A stretch of 64,000 nucleotides of DNA from Eutreptiella sp. 'Long Island Sound 2002' (lineage: Eukaryota > Protista > Euglenida). How positions within the stretch are numbered: position 1 is the first letter of the stretch; each line of letters begins with the position of its first letter. The DNA is taken from assembly GCA_964036045.1 (NCBI GenBank), contig OZ038379.1, positions 26,164,001 through 26,228,000 on the forward strand. Reading direction: 5' to 3'. The translations under genes and the position numbers were made by a program. The notes under the pieces were generated by a model. It was not told the DNA's origin and made no database searches. It was given only the letters and a program-made list of their open reading frames with translations. This document shows, piece by piece, positions 49,761 through 61,033 of this stretch.

Positions 49761-51929
49761 CATGGAGAAGATGAACAGGATCGTTCAAGCCAAGACAAAG
49801 GACCCCACAGCCTGAAACATAACGAAGGGGGGGGGGGGGGGCACCAGAGCCCAGGTTTCCCCCAAAACCCCAATTTTGCCTCACTGCATCCTTCTCCACA
49901 GTGTGCAGTATATTTTTTTATACTGATGACGCCGCGAGTCGGTGGCCTTTCTAGTGCACTACACAGCGCCTCCATGTGCCACCAGCAGCTGAGCATGGAG
50001 TCGCTACCCCTCCTCCGGGGCTCTGCACCCTCTTCGTCCAGACGCACGTCCTGCAGGAGCTACGGCGCGAGGCTGACATCGCCGCAAACCCCTCGCCATC
50101 AAGCGGGAATAGGTTCACCGACGTTTACACAGCCGGCGACACGCTGGACAACATCCCAACGCGGTTGGAGCGCCTCGACGAGTGTGGCGCTAATGGAGCC
50201 GCGGCGCCCCACAACGAGCGGGCTGCCGCGACGACTTACTAGAAGCGGCTGAAAGTCACGGCGCCGTGGGATGCACAAGTCGGGTACACGACGACGGACT
50301 TGACGGTACTGACGATTGCCCGGACCGAGGAAGTGATGTTGTTCGGACATGTGGGCGACACGGCGCCATTGGTAGCGGCCCACTCGGGTGCCGCGGTGGT
50401 GCCGATGATGCCGGAAGCTGCGCGTGTGCTGGTAGCGGCCCACTCAGGTGCCGCGGCGCATTCGGAGCGGCTGGATCTGGCTGCCGGCCCTTCGATGTCA
50501 ACCAGGATCGGACACGCCGACACATACCCAGCCCACGCCTTCGTGGACAACATCCTACCACGGATGGATGAGGCAATCATGGACAGCACGCCAGCGGATG
50601 CCATCGTTCAGGTCGTCCCTCATCCCACAGCTCCATGCACACGGCGGCGACACCCCCGTGAACCCCGGCGCACAAAACTCCGCCGCCTCCGCTGCCTCCG
50701 AAAGGGCCCCACCTTCGGCCACCTCTGGCGGCACCTATACCGACAACACCGCCAACCCCGTCGCTTGTGCCGCCGCCTCCCCCGCCGCTTCGGCCCGTCC
50801 CGGCTCGTATCTTACGCCGCCACCGGCGGCCACGCGCTACGGCACTTCCACGGCCAGCATACGGGCGACGGTCCGGTACATTGCAGCGCTGCCGCTGACA
50901 CTGAGGTGACGAAGGGCCCTCATCACGACAACGTCATGCGGACGCTCTTGCGGCTGGACGCAGAGCTGCAAGGACCACTCGCAACGACATGTTTGGACAG
51001 CTCTCCACCCGTCCCAGTTCCCCCACAAGCGGCTTGGCCTCGTCGAACCCCTATTGGGCATGGGCGTGAACCCAGGTTTCCACGGAAACCCCAGTTTGGC
51101 GCCATCACCTCTCTTCTCAACGGCAGGCAGTATGTATTTCATACTGCTGACACCGCGAATCGATGACCTTCCGAGTGTAGTATACGGCACCTCCGTTTGC
51201 GGCCAAAAGCTGAGTGTGGAGTTGCTACCCCTGGTCCAGGCGCTATGCACCCTCTTCATCCGAACACCCCTCCTGCAGCAGCCGCGGCGCGAGGCTGACA
51301 CTGCTGACGAGCTATGCACCCTCTTCATCCGGACACCCCTCCTGCAGGAGCCGCGGCGCGAGGCTGACATCGCTGACGAGAACGCACTTGCGAGGTTCCT
51401 GACGCGCTGCGCGCTGCGATACAGTAACATGGGCGACTACTTGTCGTTTGGCGATTCGAACTTCGTATCGACATCCACACGGGACAAGTTCGACAAGGAT
51501 ATCGGCGCCGCTCTCGGGGCTGCCCACGACTTAAGCCACAGGGTGACATTGTGCACGACCTAGCGGACGACAAAATCACCCTCACGGCGGCGGGCTGGAG
51601 TGGCTGGCCGACGATCGGGCGGGCGTCGCGCATTGCGGGGGCCTCGGCCGCACCCTGGCGTTAAGAGCCGCCACTAGGCCCTTGCCATTGTCACTTCCCG
51701 TGAGGAATCGGCGCAGGGCCGATGCATAAGTCGTCCTCGATCCGATTTGATGCGGCGCACGGCCAGTTGGATTGTGCCATCTTCCCACTCCTCTGCAATG
51801 CGGACCTCTTGGATGGTGACGATGCGGGGCCCCGCGGGTTGGGAGACTCGTGCGTGTCCCTCGGGGTTCTGCACCCCTTGTTGGATCCCCAGCTTACGAT
51901 ACACAACCTACAGGCATTGCTTTGAGACG

Positions 51930-52990
51930 TGGTCACCCGTGATTCCACCGCTTGCTCCCGGCGCCGCCTGTGCCTGCATGGGGTTCGCCATCAATTGTTG
52001 TCCGGCGCCCATCATCCGCGGACCCTATTGCTACAGTCCCATACAGTCCCATGACCATGCCAATCGCTTGTGGATTCCCCATGGATCCGTGGCCTTCTGG
52101 AGCTCCTTGTTGTCCTTGTCCCATGTGGGCTTGTTGCCGCTGCATCGTTGGGCAGAAGCGCTCCCAGTGACCGCCTCCAGCCTTGCATATCAAAGGCCAG
52201 CCCCTTCTGTGACACCCAAAGTTGGCTTTGTCCCACCATTTGCATACGGCCTCTCGGCCCTTTCATCGGGCAGGCTACCGCCCAATGCCCTGTGCCGTTG
52301 CATCTCAAGCAGTTCCCAAGCGGCATGTGTCCTGGCACCAGCTGCCCTCCTCCTCCGATTTGAGGCAGTTGTCCAGATGTTTGGGCTCTCATTTTGGGGG
52401 GTTTGTGGTGCAGACCGGCGGCCCTAGATGGGTGCAGGGCCCGTTTGTGGCTCTCATGAAGAACGAGAAGCTTCAGGACCAAGCGGCGGAGTGGACAATA
52501 CGCATGATGGAAGACATGGCGGAGGATGAGGTCCCAGAAGGAGTGCCAGCCCTTGTCGTAAGGGTAGGCATGGCCATGGAGACGGAGCTCAGCCTGAGTA
52601 CTTCGTTTTCCATCTTTGCCGCTGCGAGTCGCTACCACGTCGTTGAAGGCTTGGTTCTGTCCCTGCATGCCGGGCAATGGAGCCTCTATAAGGGGCTTTT
52701 GCTGTGGCCCTCCTCTTCTTGCGTTGCAGGGGACAAACATACCACGGACAAAAGCCGGGCGAAGACCTCGTCGTTCTCGATACACCGCCATCACAATTAT
52801 GGCCTGCAGCCTCATTCCGCCCCGGACACAAGACAGCCTCGGCCTCCTCATGACAGAGCAAGTGCCGTACGCTTGGATGAGCTCCGTGCTGGCAGAACTA
52901 AAGAGTTACAATGAGCAGGACCCCAAACGGGCGTCCCACCCCCTGGCGACACTGATATGGCAGGTGGTAAACAAGGAACATAGGGCGAAG
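51930..52990 (-). pseudogene. gag-like remnant D with CCHC knuckle(s)
   Basis: CLRCNGTGHWAVACP followed by LWVSQKGLAFDM, homologous to the LWVNHTQAYDM that follows the knuckle in element A. Confidence 0.75.
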
Positions 52991-53871
52991 TGACTAGTGT
53001 TGGATCGCCCTCGGCATTTTCCGATCTGTCGGCTTTGTGCGCCATGCTCGCCCCTTCTGCTGCTCCGTTATCCTCATGTGGTGCCTGGGCGGGGTCGACT
53101 TCCATTTCAGGCATAGCGCGCCCGGTCAGTAAAACAAAAACTGAGAGCGTTCTAACGATGAAAGGTGTCACACGTGTGTATTAAATTATTGTTTACTGCG
53201 TAAACAAGGCTTTGGTGAGGGGGGGGGCAAAAACAGGCATGGTTGGGGAATGGTTAAAAAAAAGATGCCCGGCGCGCTAATGCTCCCCCGTGGTCCCCTA
53301 TCTTCCACGGGACGGTAGCTGAGTGGGGGTCACCCCGGAGGGCGGGAAACGGCGCTAGTCACTTCACTGGTGCACACAATTGGTGTTGTGCGTGCCCTAA
53401 ACCCTCATAGGTGATGGACTTGTACACGTCACCACGTTCTGAGCGAAACCCTGGTCAGAACAGCCTCACTGTTTGCCCGGGTAAAATTACAGTACACTCC
53501 ACGTGGGAAATTGTTGTCAAACTCCGTGGCTATGGATTAGGAAAACAAAATATCCTGCCAAGGAAATGGAGGAATCATTCATAGACTAGGATCACCGATA
53601 TTCAGGGTGCGCAAAACACAAGCAGCAAAGCAGCTAGGCAGCACAAATAATTTTGACGGTCCAATGCTCAATTTTTGGACGCCAAAAAGTGACAGTTCCC
53701 CCAACATAGGGGGGGGGGGGGGGCGTCGCACAGGGGACCAGCTCCAAGGGACGGTGTAGCATCAAGTATGGATTTTTTGGCCCAATCAGATATCGAAAGC
53801 TGCAATGTACCCCCGGGGCAGTGTCACAAGGGTTTGCAGCACCCAGTGGAGCACCACCTGTTGATACTGAT

Positions 53872-53947
53872 TTCCCGCCAATTTTTGCGGTTGTGGTTGA
53901 CGCATTGTGCACAATGCGTCAACCACAACCACAAAAATTGGCGGGAA
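53872..53947. repeat. 76-bp near-perfect palindrome with no loop
   Basis: TTCCCGCCAATTTTTGCGGTTGTGGTTGACGCATTGTG|CACAATGCGTCAACCACAACCACAAAAATTGGCGGGAA; 38-bp arms, one mismatch. Confidence 0.95.
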
Positions 53948-55002
53948 GATCGATTGTCTATGGCAGGAGTGCACGACGAAGTGCCCGTGAGTGCACAGGC
54001 ACGGGGCATATCTTGGTGTGGGGTGTTGGCGGTGGGCTGGGGTCAGGACGCAGCTGTGGCTGGAGGATGGGACTGGCACTGTTGTGCTGGGCCTGGTTTG
54101 GATGGTCGGGCAGTCTTTGCGACGATTCCTCGACAGGCGCATGCAGGGGTAGGGGCATAGCCTCCGTCTTTCCTGTGGCCACATCCACAAATCCGTGGCC
54201 GAATTGAACGGGAAACGGGGTATCCACATCCTGCGTGCACCCTGAGATAGAGATCATCCAAAAACCTCACATCTGCCCACAGGCCTCTGAGAGATGTCGG
54301 TCAGAGGCCTCAAAACAGGTCTGTGTGCCTAAAATCGGTACCAAGTGCCCGGTCCTTTTCGCAATTTCCACACGGAACATGCTTTCTGACGTGGATATGT
54401 GGGTGTCAGTGGCTGGGTGGGCTGGCCGAGGTCAGCAAAGGCCCCAGTCCGCCCCGCCCCCGCCCTCCCTCGTTGTTTTTCCCGTAGCATTGGGTGTGCC
54501 CCACGGCCCCATCTTGTTCGCCACACCCGAGATCGTTGTCACTTCCTGCCTGAAAACCGTTGCAGAAAATTTGACTGCGGAACCCAAGGGCTGATCGCCC
54601 GGCAAGGCCCTTTGGCAAAGGGGACAACGACCGGAAGCTGCAGACAGCAAAGGGGTGAGGGGCACGCGGCATCAATCGTGCGGGCGTGGGCATACACAAC
54701 ACAGCGTCAAGGCGGGTAGAGAAAGATGGCTGTCCAGTCCATTCCGTGCTTCACACCACCGGTGAGCATCAGGCTGCGTGTAAACCACAACCTTCGAAAT
54801 CAGGTCTGGTGGGATTCTGTTCTCACTCTCGTGCTCTGCATAGGATGGCGTGCCATGCAAAATGTCCTCCAGAATGCACCATCTTGACGTTGAGACCTTC
54901 TGCTCGACGTCCGAATTGAACGCCCATCACCACACCCAGTCAATGAGCCATGGGATTGTTGCCTATGTGGGGAAGGCCCCAGAATCCAAGTCTCGCCTCA
55001 GA

Positions 55003-55461
55003 CACGGGGGGCGACTCCTCGGTTCTGGACGCCAACTACCCCCCCCCCCCCCCAACTAACTGTTGGCCGGAGGCCCCCAGGGGGGGGGGGGAAGGGGAGG
55101 GGGGCATTGGAGGGAGGTTCAGGGAGTGGCGACGGGGGGCTCCGGGAGGGTCGGTTGGGGGGGGGTTCCAGGTGGGACAATTTTTGGGGTGGTGGTGGGG
55201 GGGGGTCTAGGTGGGGCGATTTGGGGTGGTGGTGGTGGGGGGGGGAGGGGCACAGGCTTCCCTTACCTCCCCTTGCCCTCCCTCCAACCATACCATCACC
55301 ATAAACCTAACCCTAACCTTTGCAGCCAGCTGGTTTGGCCATGCCAGCCATGTTGATTAGGCTGAACAAGATCCCCCAAATTTCGTTCATGGCCCCTGGG
55401 GGGGGGGCAGGGGTAGTTGGCGTCCTAGGATCCGCGGAGTCGCCCCCCCCCCCCCCCCCTG
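55003..55461. mobile_element. Short copy (MITE) of the same family
   Basis: TIR CACGGGGGGCGACTCC / GGAGTCGCCC...CCCTG; exact 8-bp TSD GCCTCAGA (54995-55002, 55462-55469); same core. Confidence 0.85.
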
Positions 55462-57858
55462 GCCTCAGACAACCTCTCCTTTATAGGGAAGGCCCCAAAA
55501 ATCCCGTGCTCGCCGGCGAGACTGGGTTTGTTTTGGCCCATGGCTTCACAACACTTGTACATACAGACTGCAAAGGGGAGGGGGGGTGACATCAACAGAC
55601 GGATTAGTTTCCACCTCCAGAGCCCAAGGGGATCCTGACACCGGGGGCCCCTTGAACACTGGTGAGTGACATGTGGCACAGGAATGTGGAATCTCCGGCA
55701 TATCTAGCGATACAATCCACACTACGTTCTGCAAGCGTTTTGGGGGCCCAACACGGAGTTAGTGCCAACGAGACCATCACAACTCACAACTCGCAACAAA
55801 CTGGGGCGAGCTACAATGAGTGTGTACTGCCATCCGCTAGGGGAAGGCGGTCTTAGCTCTGGTTGAAACCACTGGAAGCATCCAGCAGTTGAAGTTCGCG
55901 ACTGCTCTCCTACACCACCGGGGCCGGTACTCTATGTGCAGACCGCCGTCGGGAATTGCTGTACAGGAAGCAGCACCTCTGCACGGAGCACCCTCATGCA
56001 CCAGAAGGTTACGAGCCCCCTATGCCCATACGCACAGCTGCGGCACGGGAGGGCGTCGCCACAACTCTATGGACAGCGTCAGTGGAGAACAAAGTACTGC
56101 CAAGCCACTGCCTTCGGGTGTGGCTGCACTGTGACGGGGTTGCGGTGAGCGAATAAGTCGGGTCAGTATAGCACAGTATGCGTAGTGTGAGTCCCTGAGA
56201 AACAGCACCCAATGCAAAACATATCAACGACTGAGTCACGAATGATTCACAATATAAACCCCGAGATCCACTCCTGACCCCCACCCTCCACTCCCACCCC
56301 TACCCCCGCGACGTAGCGTCTCTTGTTCTGCACAACAGCGTCCGTTGACAGACATCATCCGTCAGGAGGCCAACGCGACATGGCCCCCCACACACCCACA
56401 CACATACACGATTGTGGAAGATGGAAAGTGGAAGCCCAGGGCCATGGAACGTGGCTCCAGATGGACGCTGAAGCCCCTGTGGGGCATCTTCCTGCCGGCC
56501 CATGCGTTGTCCGACGGTGCACCCTCGGCGCCTGTGCAGGTCCGCACAAGCCGCTCGTCCAGTTCCCCCGCATCGCCCCCGAGGCCAGTGATACCACTTG
56601 AGAGGAGGCCAAACGCGGTCCACTTCGACCCCCCCCCCCCCCGCGTTGTGGGGGCACGCACGATGCGCCGGCGCTGTATGCGAGAGGTGGCGGACGGCCG
56701 TGGCAGCGTCCAAGCGATAACACCCCGCAGCAGCCCCGTGGTCGCATGGTGCAGCTTTCACGAGGGGCGGACACTCCTGCAACCCACTCCCCAGACACAA
56801 TACCCGCAACCCCCCGTGTCACTGCCGCGCATGCCCTCCCGGAGTGCTACGGTGTCGCGTTGGATCGGACTGAGGGCCCACGTGATCGGTCCCATGCGGC
56901 AGGGGTTTGTTAAATACGCCTCATCACAAGCTCTCGGGAGCTGTACATGTGGGTCAGGCGGGTCACGTTTGGGGCAGTGATGGGGTACAATACCCTCATC
57001 CCCCTGCCGGGCACAACGTAATCTGAGTCAAAAGGACTCTGTTTGAATGCGTGAACACTGCGGCACAATTCCGAAGGAGCGGAAAGCGTCCTTCAGGGCC
57101 CCTCTTGGACTTTCAAAAGGGCCCATCTCGTCCCAACGGGGGCATTCCGAGGGTCTGCAGCACCAGCGCATCCCCGGCCATTGTGCCCCACGAGTGGTGA
57201 TCATTTCCAGAGGTTCACTCCGATCCGCACCTGCAGCCTTTCTCCACAACCCACAGTCCTCTCCAGGAGAGGGCAGCAACTGCCTGTGACACACAAATTG
57301 TGTCACCAAAACAAACAATGAGAATGTCCAAACAGGACGTAATAACAAAGCATTAACACCAGAACGCACCGCCATCTCCTGCTTTCACCCAATGTATTCG
57401 GGGGCCCATAACGCCAAACGCAGCAAAGCGGGGTGTACAGGTTTGGGTCGTGCATCTGCATGTCTTGCACAATGGCCTCAAGTCCACAATGCCTTCCCAT
57501 TCACTCTTTTCGCAGCGAAGGAGGAACACTCGGGATACCCTGGAATGCCTGCCATTTGAGCAGCAGCAGCAGCAGCAGCAGCAATAGCTTGCACTAAAAT
57601 GGGCCTTGCTGCCACCGACCAACCAGGACTCGGCATGATCCAGACCGGGCATCATCACAACGATTAAGCAGACGCTTCCCTGACCCAATGACGATTATTT
57701 GAGTTATACCTAAGGCAGTTGGCAGCCAATCTCAACAGCACCAAACGGTTAGAGGAGGCCAGTTACGGATGGTTCGACCGGACGATTAGAAAGGCCGGTC
57801 AACACGGTTAGACCAGACGGCTGGGCGATACTGCAGCAGAAGGACCAGGGAAACACCC

Positions 57859-58215
57859 TTAAAGCGATGGTCTCGACGACCGCAACGACCCTCCGCCCTC
57901 GTGTTGGGATGCATGACTGCCCTTCCTTCGCTTCTTCTCCTCCTTGGGTTCTGGCAGTTTGGGCGGAGGGGGGGACGTGATCACTTGGTAGCACGCGGGG
58001 ACCGGCATTGTGTGGGTGGCAGGCTGCAGCGGCAGGTACGCAGGAGGGGGGTTGGGGCCCATGTGCAATGTCCCGATCTTGTCAATCTTCGTCACCTTCG
58101 ATTTGTTGGCCTTGACCTCCGAGCGGAGGTGGCCCGGCTTCAGTTTTGCCACGCCCTCACTGCGGCTTTGGATGCTCCCTAAGGTCTCATCCACGTTGGG
58201 GATCGCCGGCAAATT
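57859..58215 (-). CDS. Terminal exon of an unidentified host gene (NLPAIPNVDETLGSIQSRSEGVAKLK...SRPSL*)
   Basis: CACAG acceptor, 357 nt open to TAA, phase 0 with the upstream exon; low-complexity basic/Pro-rich tail. Confidence 0.6.
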   Translation of the reverse strand, partial: NLPAIPNVDETLGSIQSRSEGVAKLKPGHLRSEVKANKSKVTKIDKIGTLHMGPNPPPAYLPLQPATHTMPVPACYQVITSPPPPKLPEPKEEKKRRKGSHASQHEGGGSLRSSRPSL

Positions 58216-58845
58216 CTGTGCGCAGAGGTGGCCAGTGTGAGGACGGGCTGAGACGGGGATGCAGAGAGGGCGTGTCCTAACTTGGAGTACCCACCCTGTC
58301 TGGGTGCAGCATGAGGCTGGTCCTACTGAGGGGTCGGTAGCGGATGGTGGTGCGGAGCACGCACCGATGGCACTGCTTCATTCCCACTCGTCCAAATGCA
58401 TCGCAGGCAGCAGCCCTTTGCCCACGCAATTCTGTGCGCCGGCTGATTCCAAAGCCCGGAGACGCACCATGTTGAGGTGGTTCCTGGTCCAGTGAGACCA
58501 CCCCCCCCCAACCCCACCCTACCCACCCACCCCAATACAGCCTGAATGCCAGGTTGGTGGTCATGACTGCGACACAAAGGCAGAGCTGGGGGGGGGGGGG
58601 GAGGGGAGGTCGGCTCTGTACACGTTGCTGCCTCCATCCCGCTTCCTGGCTCGCCCCTGCCCATATGCTCCTCTGCCATTATCTACCCAGCGCACAGCCC
58701 TGTCTGGATGCAGCTGATACACAGCCCTGCCCCTCCCCCACAACATGCACGGCCCGGCTCCTATGCAGAGCCCTGCCTCCATCTGGCCCCTACACAGCCC
58801 CACCCCAACCCACAGCTGTGGCCTTATGCAGAACCCTGAACGCAC

Positions 58846-59019
58846 CTTGTACTTGGCCATCAGCCGGATATCAGAAATGGAGCGCGATGCCAGATTTGCA
58901 GTGCCTTCGCCCACGGCTCTGTTGACCACCACTTCTCTTGTTGTTGCCTGCCTCTCCATTTGGCTCGTGCTCCGAACCGGCGACAACTCCTCGTCGATGG
59001 CTTTGGAGCTGAGGAACCC
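58846..59019 (-). CDS. Internal exon of the same unidentified gene (GFLSSKAIDEELSPVRS...LMAKYK)
   Basis: CTGCAG acceptor, AAG|GTGCGT donor, 174 nt, phase 0-0, coding-like codon use. Confidence 0.6.
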
Positions 59020-59301
59020 CTGCAGCCGCACAACACAATTTATATAGCGCCGCTGCGTTGTGCGGCGGCGCGGGGGGGGGGGGGGTGGCGGGACCGGTTC
59101 CGCTGCAAAACACCCACCAACTTCCAGTCCAAAGTGTATTTTTTTTGGGGGGGGGGCGAGGGGGCAGAGGTGTGGCCTCTTGCTGTACGGCCCAAATTAT
59201 TTTGTTCCCAAAATGTGGCAGGGGGTATGTAGCCATCAATCTACCCTCTTCATGCATGGCTCCAAAGTGGCAGGGGATACGTAGGTAGGTTAGGTAGGAT
59301 G

Positions 59302-59389
<88 letters not shown>

Positions 59390-59530
59390 ACGCACGCGCA
59401 CACGCACACGCACACGCGCACACGCACGCACGCACACACACACACACACAGACACAGACACACACACAGACACAGACACAGACACAGACACAGACACAGA
59501 CACAGACACAGACACAGACACAGACACATA
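59302..59530. repeat. Compound (CA)n/(CACG)n/(CAGACA)n microsatellite
   Basis: Direct reading. Confidence 0.97.
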
Positions 59531-59555
59531 TATAGTATGGTGCCACCCACAGCAC

Positions 59556-60197
59556 GTGAGTCAGCTATGGTACCACCACGGGGGAAGCAAAAGAGTGTGG
59601 CCGGTAGTGCTGGGGATGGGTCCGCACAACGGGCTCACGACGGCGCTGCTAAGGGTGGGGGAACGTAATAGCAGAGAGTTGGTGTACAGAGTGTTAGAGG
59701 TGGCACGCAGGTGGGTATATGACGCCTTTGGGGACCCACCGACGGCGACGGCCAGGCCACACATCAGTGTACACTGGGAGGGGGGAATCAACACCGCCCT
59801 ATTAGTAGGACAGGATGACAGCCCCCCAACTGCGAGCATGACAGTAGACCCCATACATGTGTGGAGGGCGGTGGGGGCAGTATGCACGGGGCAACAAATA
59901 CAAAGGGGCCTACCTGACCGCCAGGGTTGCAGCGCCAGGGTCCCAAGGGTGTGGGTGTCGTGGTGGGCGGGGGACACCCGGGAAGTGCTAACAGTGGCAA
60001 TCCAACCCCTGTGCGGGGGGACAAGGGTACACTGGATAGTGTTCACAGAGCACAAGGGGGACCTCAGGGGGGAAAGGGGAGTGCGGGTGGTGGGGGTGGA
60101 GTTGGGAAGGTACAAGGCAGTCCTCCTAACCACCGATGACCATGGCATCCATGGTGTGCCCCCCCAGCACTTTGCCTCTATCATGCAGGATGTGTGA
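59556..60197 (+). mobile_element. Probable retroelement ORF fragment
   Basis: 213-aa protein-like ORF between microsatellites, similar in composition to the neighbouring LINE; no diagnostic motif. Confidence 0.35.
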
Positions 60198-60825
60198 CGG
60201 AGGCCCAGCTGCCCAACGCCAAGGGGATGGGCAAGCAAGGCAAGTCGGACGGCAAAGGCAAGGGATACCCCCCGTATGCCCCGCACTACCATGCGGCGGG
60301 ACATGCAGGCTATGCTAACCTATACCCGCAGCCCATGGGCTGGCAGCCGTGGCCTCGCCATCGGTGAGGTCGGTGCACAACACACGCAGAGACCAAGAGT
60401 CACAGAGCATGTGCACAATGAATTTTGTGGCGATTGCAATGCATACGGCGAGGGATCGGGATTGGGATTGGATTGGGGAGGGCGAGAGGGACAGGGAGAG
60501 GCAATGATTTCGACCAGACGGGCCACGGTCGGTAGGGGGGCGAAGAAGCAAGAGCACGAACTTTAAAACAAAAAAAAAGGGAAAAAACAAAAAGAGAGGC
60601 ACATCAGGGGAATACCACACGAGGGGGAACTAAACACGAAAGGGCAGCATGCACGAGGGGAAACAATCAGGTGAGCCAATGGAAATGCGAAGCACACAAA
60701 GAGAGAAAACAGGTATCAGGTATGGTACGGTACTTCTCCAAGACGCTAGGGTATCTCTTGGGGGAACTAGTTCATGGGGACCTAGACAGCAAAACCCAAC
60801 ATTCCAATCCAATCCAATCCAATCC

Positions 60826-61033
60826 CGTGTGTGTGTGTGTGAGTGTGAGTGTGAGTGTGAGTGTGAGTGTGAGTGTGAGTGTGAGTGTGAGTGTGAGTGT
60901 GAGTGTGAGTGTGAGTGTGAGTGTGAGTGTGAGTGTGAGTGTGAGTGTGAGTGTGAGTGTGAGTGTGAGTGTGAGTGTGAGTGTGAGTGTGAGTGTGAGT
61001 GTGAGTGTGAGTGTGAGTGTGAGTGTGTGTGTG
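60826..61033. repeat. (GAGTGT)n microsatellite forming the LINE 3' tail
   Basis: About 32 hexamer copies, directly downstream (on the minus strand) of the LINE stop at 61043. Confidence 0.95.

Noticed and set aside
56300-57000. Possible further LINE fragment
   Set aside because: Protein-like text in several frames, but no diagnostic RT, RNase H or finger motif.
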